A stretch of 62,609 nucleotides of DNA from a virus (taxonomy: Duplodnaviria > Caudoviricetes). Shown here one piece after another: positions 20,029-29,380 of this stretch. The first letter of the stretch is position 1. Each line of letters opens with the position of its first letter. Location: positions 1 to 62,609 of the IMG/VR virus record IMGVR_UViG_3300028909_000024; one strand, 5' to 3'. Both the position numbers and the translations under genes were made by a program. The notes under the pieces are model-generated. The model was not told where the DNA came from. It saw nothing but the letters and a program-made list of their open reading frames with translations, and did no database searches.

Positions 20029-20510
20029 GTTTTGCTCAGGCTTTTGCGTTAACGGTTTCCCCCGCTGTTGAGGGGGGATATTCCAATAATCCTGCTGATC
20101 CGGGGGGCGCCACGAAATACGGAATATCCCAAGCAGGTTATCCCTCCCTCAACATTGCGGCCCTCACGCTTTCCGATGCCCAGACGATCTACCAGCGTGA
20201 TTATTGGGCCGCATGTCAGTGTGACGCTCTTCCTCCCGCTGTCGCCGGGCTCGTCTTCGATGCCGCCGTGAATCAAGGGCCAGCGTGGGCACGCAAGGCG
20301 CTTCAATCGGCCGTGGGGGTGACAACTGATGGGGTGATCGGCCCAAAGACCTTGGCGGCCGTAAAATCAGCCGATCCCGCCACGCTTCATGCTACCATCG
20401 GATGGTTGCGTGAGACCGCCTATCGTCAGGCGGCTGACTTTCCGACTTTTGGGCACGGTTGGATTATCCGGCTATGCCGCGTTATCGCCGCGTCTGCGGC
20501 ATTCACATGA
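20025..20510 (+). CDS. Endolysin, glycoside hydrolase family 108 with peptidoglycan-binding domain
   Basis: EGGYSNNPADPGGATKYGIS, FDAAVNQG, DGVIGPKT, FGHGWIIR. Confidence 0.93.
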   Translation: MSFAQAFALTVSPAVEGGYSNNPADPGGATKYGISQAGYPSLNIAALTLSDAQTIYQRDYWAACQCDALPPAVAGLVFDAAVNQGPAWARKALQSAVGVTTDGVIGPKTLAAVKSADPATLHATIGWLRETAYRQAADFPTFGHGWIIRLCRVIAASAAFT

Positions 20511-20518
20511 GGGACATC

Positions 20519-20899
20519 ATGACTGATCTCAATCGACGGAATTTCGGCACTGCAATCTTGGCTGCGGGAGCTTCCACGGCCTTAGCCGGTTGCTCGGGGC
20601 TTGCTTCCACCATCACCACTGAAGCCGGCAAAATCAGCGCGACCATCGTGACTGACGTGGGCACGCTCACCAATCAATATGCGATCGTCAAAGGCATTGG
20701 TCAGGTTGCCTTGGCCGCCCTCAGCGTTGCAGATCCGGCCGCTGCCACGATCATCAGCGATGGCATTTCCCTTATCGACGGGTGGATTGCCGCCGGCAGT
20801 GCGACGGTTTCTGCCAATGCTGCGACCATAGTCACCACTACCCAGGCCATTCTGGCCGCTGCGGCGCCCGCTATTACCGCCGTTAAGAACGCTGCATAA
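20519..20899 (+). CDS. Lipoprotein with twin-arginine-like signal (spanin candidate)
   Basis: MTDLNRRNFGTAILAAGASTALAG|C; immediately after the endolysin. Confidence 0.65.
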   Translation: MTDLNRRNFGTAILAAGASTALAGCSGLASTITTEAGKISATIVTDVGTLTNQYAIVKGIGQVALAALSVADPAAATIISDGISLIDGWIAAGSATVSANAATIVTTTQAILAAAAPAITAVKNAA

Positions 20900-20911
20900 G
20901 GGACAATCCCC

Positions 20912-21520
20912 ATGGACACGCATACCCTTCTCGTCATCGCCGTCTTGATGATTGCTGGCGCCATTGTTGGCGCTGGCGTGAAGTGGCTGACGGCTTGGCG
21001 CGCAACCCCAGAGGCTGCCAAATACCCGGCTCTGAACTATCTCGCGGGCCTTGCTATCAGGGTCGGGAACGATGCTCTGGCCCTGATGGCTGCCAACCCC
21101 ACTCTCAAACCCGCTGATGCTCTGGCATGGGCACAGAACGAGTTCAAAGCGACAGCGCCGGATGCGATCACCACTCTCGGCAAAGACGCAACTGATGCCG
21201 GGGTGAACGCCATGGTGCGCCGTGGTTTGCTGACGGCGGCCAATGCTGCGACGGTCTCGACAGCTTCGACCGCTATCATCAATGATCTCGCTCCCAGCGC
21301 CATTACGGCCAAGATTTCGCCGCCGCAGATTGCCGCCGTTGCGGCAGCGCTTCCGGCGGCCGTTCCTGCCCTCGAAGATGTCGCCGCCAGCGTGATGGCG
21401 ATGCTGCCGGATTGGGTCAAATCCCCCAACCCTCCTGCTGTTGCCCGAGCGACAGTCGTTCCCATCTTGGATGCACCAAAGCCTGCGCCGGCAACTCCGC
21501 CGACGCCTTTAGGAACGTAA
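20912..21520 (+). CDS. Membrane-anchored lysis-module protein (holin/spanin-like)
   Basis: N-terminal TM, Ala-rich helical body, Pro-rich tail. Confidence 0.5.
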   Translation: MDTHTLLVIAVLMIAGAIVGAGVKWLTAWRATPEAAKYPALNYLAGLAIRVGNDALALMAANPTLKPADALAWAQNEFKATAPDAITTLGKDATDAGVNAMVRRGLLTAANAATVSTASTAIINDLAPSAITAKISPPQIAAVAAALPAAVPALEDVAASVMAMLPDWVKSPNPPAVARATVVPILDAPKPAPATPPTPLGT

Positions 21521-21523
21521 AAC

Positions 21524-21694
21524 ATGACGCTTTTGCTCATCATAATCCTGGCCATCCTCCTTCTGGGAGGTGGTGGATATATGGGATTCGGGGGAGGCTA
21601 TGCCCGATACGGAAATTACGGGGCTGGTGGCCTCGGATTTCTGGTTCTCATCGTGGTGATAATTTTGCTGGTCGGCGGCGGTTTACGCTACTGA
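21524..21694 (+). CDS. DUF3309-like small Gly-rich two-TM protein (56 aa, not in the ORF track)
   Basis: MTLLLIIILAILLLGGGGYMGFGGGYARYGNYGAGGLGFLVLIVVIILLVGGGLRY; RBS AGGA. Confidence 0.75.
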   Translation: MTLLLIIILAILLLGGGGYMGFGGGYARYGNYGAGGLGFLVLIVVIILLVGGGLRY

Positions 21695-21704
21695 GCAGAC
21701 CAAG

Positions 21705-21734
21705 CCCAGACGGCTTACAGTAAAGCCGTCTGGG
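21705..21734. terminator. Hairpin between convergent late and early transcription units
   Basis: 12-bp inverted repeat CCCAGACGGCTT/AAGCCGTCTGGG; no clear U-tract. Confidence 0.55.
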
Positions 21735-21939
21735 TCGCCTCCTGCCGGTCAATGGCAGGCTTGGCAAAGGGCGGAGCAAGTCTGCCCCCATATCGCCCCC
21801 GCAGGGCCTTCTGTGCATCTTTTGGCAACTGATCCTCAAGAGCCCGCGCTGCCCGGTGTAGCAAGGGCTTCCATCTCGGCTCATGGCGCGCCAGAAGGCG
21901 AAGCTCGTCAGTGATATCTTGAATGCGCTGCGTGTCCAT
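21715..21939 (-). CDS. Hypothetical protein
   Basis: RBS GAGG upstream; helical 74-aa ORF. Confidence 0.55.
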   Translation of the reverse strand: MDTQRIQDITDELRLLARHEPRWKPLLHRAARALEDQLPKDAQKALRGRYGGRLAPPFAKPAIDRQEATQTALL

Positions 21940-22211
21940 GGCTGCCTCTGTGGCGGCTGCAATGGATATATAGTTGCGCGTTACGACAAATGAAAGAGAA
22001 TTGGCCCATGACGGTTCTTAGCCTTGATTATTTAAGAGGACTGGCTTTGCCCATGACATCCAAATTTTAGACTCGTGCATTTGGCCTTTGGATGTTTAGG
22101 GAGAATCATCTTGTCAAGTCGTGGGCCGGCGCCTTGTCTCGTGTCCTCGCCAAAGTGCAAAAACTGACCCGTAGCGCTGCCAGAGGGGCCAGCCATGTTG
22201 GGAGTATCTAA

Positions 22212-22850
22212 TCAGAAATCGTATCGCGGCACAACAGGCTTGGCGCCCTTTTTGAGGTCAGCCTCCTCGGTCTTTCGAATGCCGCGAAAGATCGCGTTTC
22301 TGGCTTCAAGGTGATAGTCCAAAACGTCTTGATGGCTGCCAGAATATGGGATGGCGAAGGGACGTTTCGCGAAATGGAGGTATGCCTCCATCAGTTTGGG
22401 CATCTTGTAAACGCTGGGATTGCGTGTCGGCAGTTTGCAGTAGTTGGTTGAGCGTTTCATGAGGCAAAAAGTGGATAGGATCGGCAATTCAATGTCGCAT
22501 GCAGTGGCTGCAACGGCGGCTGTCTTTAGATGATGCTCTACCGAGTAGGCCGCCACCCGGTCAGCGCGGCGTGCCATGTCCGCAAACTTATCCATGACGA
22601 TGTGGAGCGGAACGCCATGATCCAGCATCATCCGCAAGCCGATTCCGTCGAAATTGAACTGCTCTTCGCTGATCGTCTTCCCTTCATCCAGGGTGACAAT
22701 CGCCGTCATGCGGTCGGTTTCTTTCAGACTGTCATCGTCAATTAGGTTTGCGACTAGTCCGAGCAGGTCGGGCTGGCTTGGATCGCTGTGCGACAGGCTG
22801 AAGTCGTGGCGTTGATTTTGCAGCGTGTGGAAGACAAGTATCGTGGTCAC
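22212..22850 (-). CDS. DnaQ/DEDDh 3'-5' exonuclease-like protein, catalytic residues degenerate
   Basis: ILVFHT (ExoI DxE position), HGVPL, VAAYSVEHH, FCLMK...CKLP...YKMPKLMEAYLHF; GTG start with AAGGAG. Confidence 0.55.
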   Translation of the reverse strand: MTTILVFHTLQNQRHDFSLSHSDPSQPDLLGLVANLIDDDSLKETDRMTAIVTLDEGKTISEEQFNFDGIGLRMMLDHGVPLHIVMDKFADMARRADRVAAYSVEHHLKTAAVAATACDIELPILSTFCLMKRSTNYCKLPTRNPSVYKMPKLMEAYLHFAKRPFAIPYSGSHQDVLDYHLEARNAIFRGIRKTEEADLKKGAKPVVPRYDF

Positions 22851-23136
22851 GAGATGGTCTCCTTGGGTCTGATGGGTGATAGTGGTCTCGGGCACGGTAG
22901 TTTTTAGGGTCGTTGTAAGGCGGTCCCCATTCCTGCATGATCAGGATATGATACCTGGAACTAAGCGCAAAATACGCTCTAAAATGCAAGTCTTCATATC
23001 GATCAAACAGCGCTCCGATAGCCTTTAAAGAGCGCGTATTAATTTTTTCGACCTCATTTGAGGTTTTGGCCGCAGCGCAATCCGCCTCTAGCTGGGATGT
23101 AAACTGTTCGGCTGCGGATCGGCGATCGTCATTCAT
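22738..23136 (-). CDS. Hypothetical protein
   Basis: Start coupled to the MTase stop; 3' end overlaps the next gene. Confidence 0.45.
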   Translation of the reverse strand: MNDDRRSAAEQFTSQLEADCAAAKTSNEVEKINTRSLKAIGALFDRYEDLHFRAYFALSSRYHILIMQEWGPPYNDPKNYRARDHYHPSDPRRPSRDHDTCLPHAAKSTPRLQPVAQRSKPARPARTSRKPN

Positions 23137-23872
23137 GGGGTTTGAAGGTTGCAGCGATATGCCGTGAAAGCGGGGTGGGTATTTTGGCGATCATGGCGGA
23201 AGCGGACTTTCGTTTTAGCGACTTTGAGCCATGATTTCTTGGGCCTTGGCCTTGGCGGTATCCATGGAACCAAGAGCCGCCAAGTTTGATGTGCTCATCA
23301 GGGTTTGTTAAATGGGGCGTGTGGGAGTGACCATCTCTCTTATTTGCATGCCCTATCGATTTCATGATTTTCGTGTCCGGCATTAAAGCCGGGATATCGC
23401 CCCAAAGATGGAAGCTACCAAAATTCCACCGTGATCTTCCTACCCATGGGATAGCCCCGCGCACGTTTTCAACCACCAAAGGGATATGGTGCCCTGCCGC
23501 TTCACATGCCTCGCGCTGGATGCGGAAACATGCGTCAAATAGACGGTTCAGATCGGCTAGAGCTTGGCCTGTCTCATCTGCCCTGATCTCTGCCGCTTTG
23601 GCTTTGGCCAGTGTCCAAGGCATCGCCATGTAGCTGTAGGCTTGGCATGGAGGAGATGCGACGATGATAGCCGCATCCTTAAACTGCGATCCATGCAGGG
23701 TGAGCACGTCCTGAATGACAAGCGATCCAGGGTAGCAATGCTCACCGTAAACATGCTGCTCAATATCGAAACCTATCGCGTCATAACCCTCGGCTAGGAA
23801 ACCTTTGGCCCATCCCCCTAAACCTGCAAAGAGGTCGATAACCAAGGGTTTGCGCGCATTAGCCTTCATCAT
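23129..23872 (-). CDS. C5-cytosine DNA methyltransferase-like protein (short, orphan)
   Basis: IDLFAGLGG (motif I), ASPPCQ (IV), VENV (VI). Confidence 0.8.
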   Translation of the reverse strand: MMKANARKPLVIDLFAGLGGWAKGFLAEGYDAIGFDIEQHVYGEHCYPGSLVIQDVLTLHGSQFKDAAIIVASPPCQAYSYMAMPWTLAKAKAAEIRADETGQALADLNRLFDACFRIQREACEAAGHHIPLVVENVRGAIPWVGRSRWNFGSFHLWGDIPALMPDTKIMKSIGHANKRDGHSHTPHLTNPDEHIKLGGSWFHGYRQGQGPRNHGSKSLKRKSASAMIAKIPTPLSRHIAATFKPHE

Positions 23873-24818
23873 GACCCTCTAGGCTGGTGGAGTTTCTGAG
23901 TTTGACGTTTACCCGGCGCTGTTTTTCGGACACGCTCTGGTCAATAAACCAATGCCGCGTATAGGCGTGCAGATTCTTGTCCATGTGCTTCACCAGCCGA
24001 TTACGGGCCAAGTCATAGTCCTGCTGTGCCTGCCGGCGGTTCACGGATGCCGTATCGAAGGCTAAGGCAAGTTCATCGGCCTCTTCGTCGGCCTCATAGT
24101 TGGCCATGCCAGGCTGGTAGATCTTCGGCGGGTATTCCGCACGAAGGCACAACCTAGTGCTCTCCGTGTGGTCCACGGGCGGTTCAACGTCGCCTAGCAC
24201 GCTGTCGCGCCAGAACTTGGCAATCTCCTCTCTCAGGCGATCTCCGTTGTCCTGTGGGGCTCTGAGCGGATATGCATAGTATTCCGTCTCACCATTGGCG
24301 CAGCCGATCATGCCCCATTCGTAGCCAGTAGCCGCACATTCCTGCGCTACTTGGATTCGGACGTAATCGGGGGCTGATGTTTTGGTCCAATGCCGCAGGA
24401 ACTGAAAGGGGATCACGGACTTGATCTGCAGGACGCCGGGACCATCAACCTTTTTGCCAAGCTGCCGCCGGATTTCGGCCGTGGGCTCTTCAATAATGTA
24501 ATCCAGCGATGCCCTCATAAGTGGCTCATGATCGTCTATGACGTAGTGGCCCTTTTTGATCTTGAGCCCATGTTCCACCGCGATGATCTCGGCAATGCTG
24601 GGCTCTCGTATCAAGCCGCGTGCAGCGAATTTGGGGTCTCCGCTAAACACCGAATTTGCGTCAATCTCGCCACGCTTCACCTTTCTCAGGGTGTATTGCG
24701 ACATTGCATAGCCCGGCCGTTCCATCGGAAAAAGCGCGCTGACCTCGCTGGCACCAATGCCTTTGAGGCGCAAATCGTGCCATTTCTTAGAGCCCATTTG
24801 GACCTTAACTAGAGGCAT
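23859..24818 (-). CDS. YqaJ-like viral recombinase exonuclease
   Basis: W..LRLKGIGASE, RG...EP.I, MRASLDY, LQIKS, Y..QV. Confidence 0.85.
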   Translation of the reverse strand: MPLVKVQMGSKKWHDLRLKGIGASEVSALFPMERPGYAMSQYTLRKVKRGEIDANSVFSGDPKFAARGLIREPSIAEIIAVEHGLKIKKGHYVIDDHEPLMRASLDYIIEEPTAEIRRQLGKKVDGPGVLQIKSVIPFQFLRHWTKTSAPDYVRIQVAQECAATGYEWGMIGCANGETEYYAYPLRAPQDNGDRLREEIAKFWRDSVLGDVEPPVDHTESTRLCLRAEYPPKIYQPGMANYEADEEADELALAFDTASVNRRQAQQDYDLARNRLVKHMDKNLHAYTRHWFIDQSVSEKQRRVNVKLRNSTSLEGHDEG

Positions 24819-25068
24819 CAGTTTCGTCCTTTTGGCGCGCGCGCATTGCTGCGTAGTGAGCTGCCTCGGCTTTGTTCGCAATTATTTGCAGACGATAAAG
24901 AATCTCACGGCCTTCTATCGCAGCATCAACGATATCAATAACGCCCATCAAACTGAAAATACGCAACATAATCGCGCGGATCATAAGTCCTAACGCGGCG
25001 CCAAGAAGTTTGATCCCTTGCCAATTGGTCAGAAGATCGGGGTCTTCTTTGAAGTTATGAAGGGGCAT
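24805..25068 (-). CDS. Hypothetical protein
   Basis: Coupled within the leftward operon. Confidence 0.5.
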   Translation of the reverse strand: MPLHNFKEDPDLLTNWQGIKLLGAALGLMIRAIMLRIFSLMGVIDIVDAAIEGREILYRLQIIANKAEAAHYAAMRARQKDETDASS

Positions 25069-25375
25069 GTTCAGTGCCTTCCGAGGAATTATGGATGGAG
25101 AATCCCGCTTTCATCACAAATGGATGCTGAAACCGATCTTGGGCAGCAACCTGCGTCATCCATCCGCACATGGCTTGAATGACTTCACACGGGCAAGCTG
25201 GATGGGTTCGGATCAGTTCTTCAAGCGCAAGCTGTGCAAGGCCCGTCATGACCGATACCCGATCTGTAAGAGTAACTTCCCGGTTGAGGAAATCTTTCAC
25301 ATAAGCAAAAGCATCTTCCGACAAGTTTTTAAGCTGGGATTTGGACGACGCTTGCAGATTAAAAATATCGGTCAT
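25055..25375 (-). CDS. Hypothetical protein
   Basis: RBS AAGGA; in operon. Confidence 0.55.
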   Translation of the reverse strand: MTDIFNLQASSKSQLKNLSEDAFAYVKDFLNREVTLTDRVSVMTGLAQLALEELIRTHPACPCEVIQAMCGWMTQVAAQDRFQHPFVMKAGFSIHNSSEGTEHAPS

Positions 25376-25386
25376 GAGTGCAGTCC

Positions 25387-26715
25387 TTACTTGCGGGTTT
25401 TCTTGGCGGGTTTGGCCGGTTCCTGATCAGTCTCAGCCGCTACCGGTTCTCCATCAATGCTGGCGACGGTGCCTTCTACCATGCAGACCCCAACGCGGCC
25501 CGTTTCGTCCACACGCTCCACGATTACCTGATAGTCCCGGTCCAGAGCCATTTCGGCGACGATCTGCATAGCTTTGCTGTCCAGCATGCTCCCTTCATGG
25601 ACCAGGATGGTGCGAAGCGCCGGGTTCTCGGCCATGGCGATACCCACCGCAGCCCGTAGCTTTTCAGCGTAGCTTCCCTGCTCGAACGGAACGCCTGCCA
25701 GCATGACGGTGTTGTTGGCCAAGGTCAGCCCCGGATAGGGCATCTTGGTGTCCTCAATGGCCTTGTTGATGCGCTTGGTGCGCTCCTCCATCTTGGCGGT
25801 CAGGGCTGCCGACGCTTTTTCCTGCTCCTCAGCCATGCCTTCAAACTCGCGGCGCCGCTGGTAAGCGTCCACGTTCTTGTTGGTCTCATTGGCGCGGGTG
25901 AGGTCGCGGCGCAGCTCGGCAGTGTCGATCTCGGCGGCAATCACGTAGGCAGCCACGTCTTGTTTTTTTCGCGCGATAAATTCGCGAGCTTTGGCAATCC
26001 GCTCTTCCCATTCTTTTATTTCTCCCTCGGCACGGGTAATCGCAGCTTCGTCGCTGGCTTTCCCGGCAAGCATGCGCTCGCGGTCAGCATTTGCTGATCC
26101 AGCCTTTTCCAGATCCTTGGACAGCCGTTCGATGCTGATCTTCTGCTTGGGGGTGCCATCCGGCACAAAGACCTGCTCGGCCGCCGCCCGGAGCCGCTTG
26201 GCCTCGCGGTTGACATCGGTGCGTTGCTCGAAGTCGCCGCGGTAAAGCCGCTCCTCCAACTCGAAATCAATCCTCTCCACAAACTTGCGGAGGGAGGCGT
26301 ATTTCTCCTTTTCGGGCAGCCGCAGAAAGGCCACGGGGTCAAAGGAAAAGCTGCCCAGCAGTTCGTTCAGGATCTGCTGGGGCTGGCTGTAGCGTGCGCC
26401 ATCGGCGCTCTCCACGGTCAGGGTGCTTTCCTGCTTTTCCTCTTTGCCCTGGGTAATGTTGCGGGTGATGATCAAGTCGCCAAGCTGGCCGCGGATACGG
26501 GCCTGTTTGGCGCCATGGTGGATGGCATCCGGGGGTAGCGCACTCTTGCCGGCGAGCAGGCATTCGATCGCATCCAGCACACTGCTCTTGCCATGGCCGT
26601 TGGCGCCTGTGATCTGGGTCACGCCGGCCTGATCTCCGAGCGGGATGAATGCAGCCTCGATACGCTTGAAGCCTTCGATGCCGAGGGAAATCAGGTAGCG
26701 GGGTTTCTGGTCCAT
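25387..26715 (-). CDS. SMC/RecN/Rad50-like AAA ATPase
   Basis: IEGFKRI, Walker A GANGHGKS, long coiled coil, signature SYAEK, Walker-B-like ILVHEGSMLD. Confidence 0.85.
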   Translation of the reverse strand: MDQKPRYLISLGIEGFKRIEAAFIPLGDQAGVTQITGANGHGKSSVLDAIECLLAGKSALPPDAIHHGAKQARIRGQLGDLIITRNITQGKEEKQESTLTVESADGARYSQPQQILNELLGSFSFDPVAFLRLPEKEKYASLRKFVERIDFELEERLYRGDFEQRTDVNREAKRLRAAAEQVFVPDGTPKQKISIERLSKDLEKAGSANADRERMLAGKASDEAAITRAEGEIKEWEERIAKAREFIARKKQDVAAYVIAAEIDTAELRRDLTRANETNKNVDAYQRRREFEGMAEEQEKASAALTAKMEERTKRINKAIEDTKMPYPGLTLANNTVMLAGVPFEQGSYAEKLRAAVGIAMAENPALRTILVHEGSMLDSKAMQIVAEMALDRDYQVIVERVDETGRVGVCMVEGTVASIDGEPVAAETDQEPAKPAKKTRK

Positions 26716-26767
26716 GATGGTCTCTCTCTGAATAGGATTTGCATAAAGTCGGGTGGATTTGCAGAAA

Positions 26768-26956
26768 TCAGCCGTTTTTGTATCCGGTCGATAAGGTCAC
26801 ATCCCAATCTGAAATTTCTCCCGGAGATGTGTCTACGATGGTGTCAGAAAGGGTCTGCACCTTTAGTTTGGTTTCTTCCAGGTTATGTGCGCGGACGCGA
26901 AATTCGCAGCCTTTACAGGTGGCTTCGCCTGTAAAAATGAATGTGTAAAGCTGCAT
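26768..26956 (-). CDS. Hypothetical protein
   Basis: RBS CAGGA before MQLYTF. Confidence 0.5.
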   Translation of the reverse strand: MQLYTFIFTGEATCKGCEFRVRAHNLEETKLKVQTLSDTIVDTSPGEISDWDVTLSTGYKNG

Positions 26957-26999
26957 TGGAAATGTTTCCTGTGGTTTGTCAGACGTGCGAAAGTTGGAG

Positions 27000-27233
27000 T
27001 TAATCGGTGGGCTTGATAACAAAACGAGCGGGCTGAAACTCAACCTCAACGCCATAAGCGGCATGAAGGGCGTTCTTGAGGCCTTCAAGGTAATCGTCCT
27101 CGCTCTTTGTCGAGGGGGTTCCGATCTCGTCCATAAGCCTGATCACCTTACTGATGACGCGGTTTTTCTCGGTCTCTAGGGCAGCGGTTACAGCAGCCTC
27201 AATTATGCGGTCTTCATGGAGTGAATCGCTCAT
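27000..27233 (-). CDS. Hypothetical protein
   Basis: ATGA coupling with the upstream gene. Confidence 0.55.
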   Translation of the reverse strand: MSDSLHEDRIIEAAVTAALETEKNRVISKVIRLMDEIGTPSTKSEDDYLEGLKNALHAAYGVEVEFQPARFVIKPTD

Positions 27234-27571
27234 TTGCTGTGTGCCTCAGCCCGCAGCGAAACGAGTGTCCGGCTAAACCGGAAGGCCGAAAGCTCTGCCG
27301 TGGGGGCTTTCAGAGCGTTTGCGGCTTCCACCCGCCCGAGCAGATGCAAATCGGCATGCGTCTGGTCCAGAATGCTCAGAAGCTCATCCAGCGTTTCCTG
27401 CATGATTTCATGGGTGCGCCGCAGGATCATGCAATCAGCTTGGCTCAGTTCGGGCTTGTGCGGCAATTTGGAAACGGGATGGGACACAAAACCATCCCCA
27501 TGCAGTTCATCTTCAACGTGATCCGGTGCAGGGCCGACCGGCTTGCGGAAAATCTGGCGAAGAATGTTCAT
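27230..27571 (-). CDS. Hypothetical protein, first gene of the leftward early operon
   Basis: RBS GAGAGG; no HTH repressor features. Confidence 0.55.
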   Translation of the reverse strand: MNILRQIFRKPVGPAPDHVEDELHGDGFVSHPVSKLPHKPELSQADCMILRRTHEIMQETLDELLSILDQTHADLHLLGRVEAANALKAPTAELSAFRFSRTLVSLRAEAHSK

Positions 27572-27589
27572 TTGTCTGGTCCTCTCGGT

Positions 27590-27686
27590 TGGCTGCAAAA
27601 TCAGGCTGCAAGAGATTTGTAAACAAACTCCGACATGGCTGCAAGAGGCATTGCCGGAATGACCGACATTATCTATCTTGCAGCCA
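27590..27686. promoter_or_regulatory. Divergent control region with four GGCTGCAA(GA) boxes
   Basis: Boxes at 27591, 27604, 27637 (direct) and 27676-27685 (inverted). Confidence 0.7.
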
Positions 27687-27706
27687 CCTAAGATAGGGTG
27701 ACACGA

Positions 27707-27931
27707 ATGAAGCTAGATGAATGGATGCAACTCAAAGGGCTGTCGGTTGCAGACTTTGCGATGCAGGCTGGCATTTCGCGGCAAGGCGCCTATAGCTGGA
27801 TGAGCGGTGAGATCAGTTCTAGGGCCATGGCCCGCGTGCAGGCCCTGACCGATGGGGCTGTCCTGCCGCTAGATTTTTTCCCTGAACAGGGGCGTCTTGT
27901 GAAGGATGCCCAATCCGAGAAGGAAAGCTAA
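27707..27931 (+). CDS. Cro-like HTH regulator
   Basis: MKLDEWMQLKGLSVADFAMQAGISRQGAYSW...TDGAVLPLDFF. Confidence 0.85.
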   Translation: MKLDEWMQLKGLSVADFAMQAGISRQGAYSWMSGEISSRAMARVQALTDGAVLPLDFFPEQGRLVKDAQSEKES

Positions 27932-28815
27932 TGGCCAAAACTGATGACGAAACCACGCAGGGCGGCATTAAGCCCGACAAGTGGCTGAAACACCAAGCCG
28001 TCTACTCCGAATCGCAAATCAAATTGCAGGAAGCCACGTCCGAGAACCAAGTTCGGCTGAAGGCAGCCAAGGCAGACGGTATCCATATCGACGCCCTCAA
28101 GACGGTGTCGAAGCTGAACCGCAAAGACCCAGCGGAAGCCGCCGTGTTCCTGCGGGCGGTGCTGGAAGGTGCCCTAATCCAAGGTTGCGCGTTCATGCAC
28201 CAGGCCGACATGCTCAACGGCGGATCGATCGCCGATATGTTCAAGATCGACAAGCCGAGCGCCAAGGCGGTGGAGCAGTTCAAGGAGTCGGAAGCTTTGC
28301 AGATTGGCTACGATGAGGGCCTGAACGGCGGCTCCATCGAAAACCTGCAAAAGCAATTCGACGCGGGCAGCGCTGGTCTGACGGCGGCTGTGCGGGGCTT
28401 CAAGCGCGGTCGGGATTTTGTGGAGGCGAGTGCGCAGCCAGGCGTGACGCCAGTTGCTGCTGCCCGTGGGCGCCGCGGTGGACGCAAGGCGGCTGGTGCT
28501 GCGGAAGAAGCTGAGGCTCCCAAGCCGGAACCGGCGAAGCCCGCGCATGACCCTGACGGTGACCCGGATTTTGATGAGCCCCTGCGCGGGACGGATGATC
28601 CAGATGACGGCGAAGAGGGTGAAGCCGCCTCGTCCGAGGATGTCCCAAACATGATCGAAGTCCAGAAGATGTCCAACGTGAAGATGGCCGCCCTCTGGAA
28701 CAAGCTCACGGGGCAGAATATCCCCAAGTTCGAGTCTCGCGCGGTCGGGCTCAGCAAGTTGACGCAGCTCTATTCGGCCCGGCAGCATGGCGCTGCTGAC
28801 GCTCACGCGAACTGA
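27931..28815 (+). CDS. GapR/DUF2312-like DNA-binding protein with acidic extension
   Basis: N-terminal LKAAKADGIHIDALKTVSKLNRKDP pattern. Confidence 0.55.
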   Translation: MAKTDDETTQGGIKPDKWLKHQAVYSESQIKLQEATSENQVRLKAAKADGIHIDALKTVSKLNRKDPAEAAVFLRAVLEGALIQGCAFMHQADMLNGGSIADMFKIDKPSAKAVEQFKESEALQIGYDEGLNGGSIENLQKQFDAGSAGLTAAVRGFKRGRDFVEASAQPGVTPVAAARGRRGGRKAAGAAEEAEAPKPEPAKPAHDPDGDPDFDEPLRGTDDPDDGEEGEAASSEDVPNMIEVQKMSNVKMAALWNKLTGQNIPKFESRAVGLSKLTQLYSARQHGAADAHAN

Positions 28816-29372
28816 TGGATCTGCGGCCAAACCCGAGGCTATTCCCGCCCATGGAGAAGGGCGGGAGCGGCTTCTTCGATCTGGCTACGCGCACGGGGTG
28901 GGCATATGGACATCCCGGCGTACTGCCATCCTGTGGCGTTTTTGATCTGAAGGGATCAGCGGAAGACGGCACACTTTATGCCGCACTGTATGAGTGCGTC
29001 TGCGATTTTATCGAATGGCATAAGCCAACACGGCTCTATGCTGAAGCTCCGCTGTCCCCCCAGGGCACAAAGTCCAACATGAATGCGTGGCTGATCCTGA
29101 TCGGGATGGTTGGGGTCGTTAGGTGTGTGGGGGCTCAATACGGGCTCCGAGTGCGCTTGATGAACCTAAGTAAAATCCGCAGCGATGTCCTAAGCGGCCT
29201 TCCATGGAACCAGAAACAGAAGAATGGAAAGAAACCAGTGGTGGAACAATGGTGTGCCGATCAGGGAATTTTTACGCCTGACCATAATGCGGCAGATGCT
29301 GTAGTCGGCTTGGAGCACAGCTTGCGGTTGTTCTCCCGAAAAGGCTTTGCCAGAGACCTTGCTCAGCCGTAA
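28815..29372 (+). CDS. RuvC-like Holliday junction resolvase
   Basis: DLATRTGWA, LYAEAP, DHNAADA motifs. Confidence 0.8.
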   Translation: MDLRPNPRLFPPMEKGGSGFFDLATRTGWAYGHPGVLPSCGVFDLKGSAEDGTLYAALYECVCDFIEWHKPTRLYAEAPLSPQGTKSNMNAWLILIGMVGVVRCVGAQYGLRVRLMNLSKIRSDVLSGLPWNQKQKNGKKPVVEQWCADQGIFTPDHNAADAVVGLEHSLRLFSRKGFARDLAQP

Positions 29373-29380
29373 GGTGCCCA

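Noticed and set aside
21955-22000. XerCD dif-like integration site
   Set aside because: AT-rich core, but the arms do not match the dif consensus
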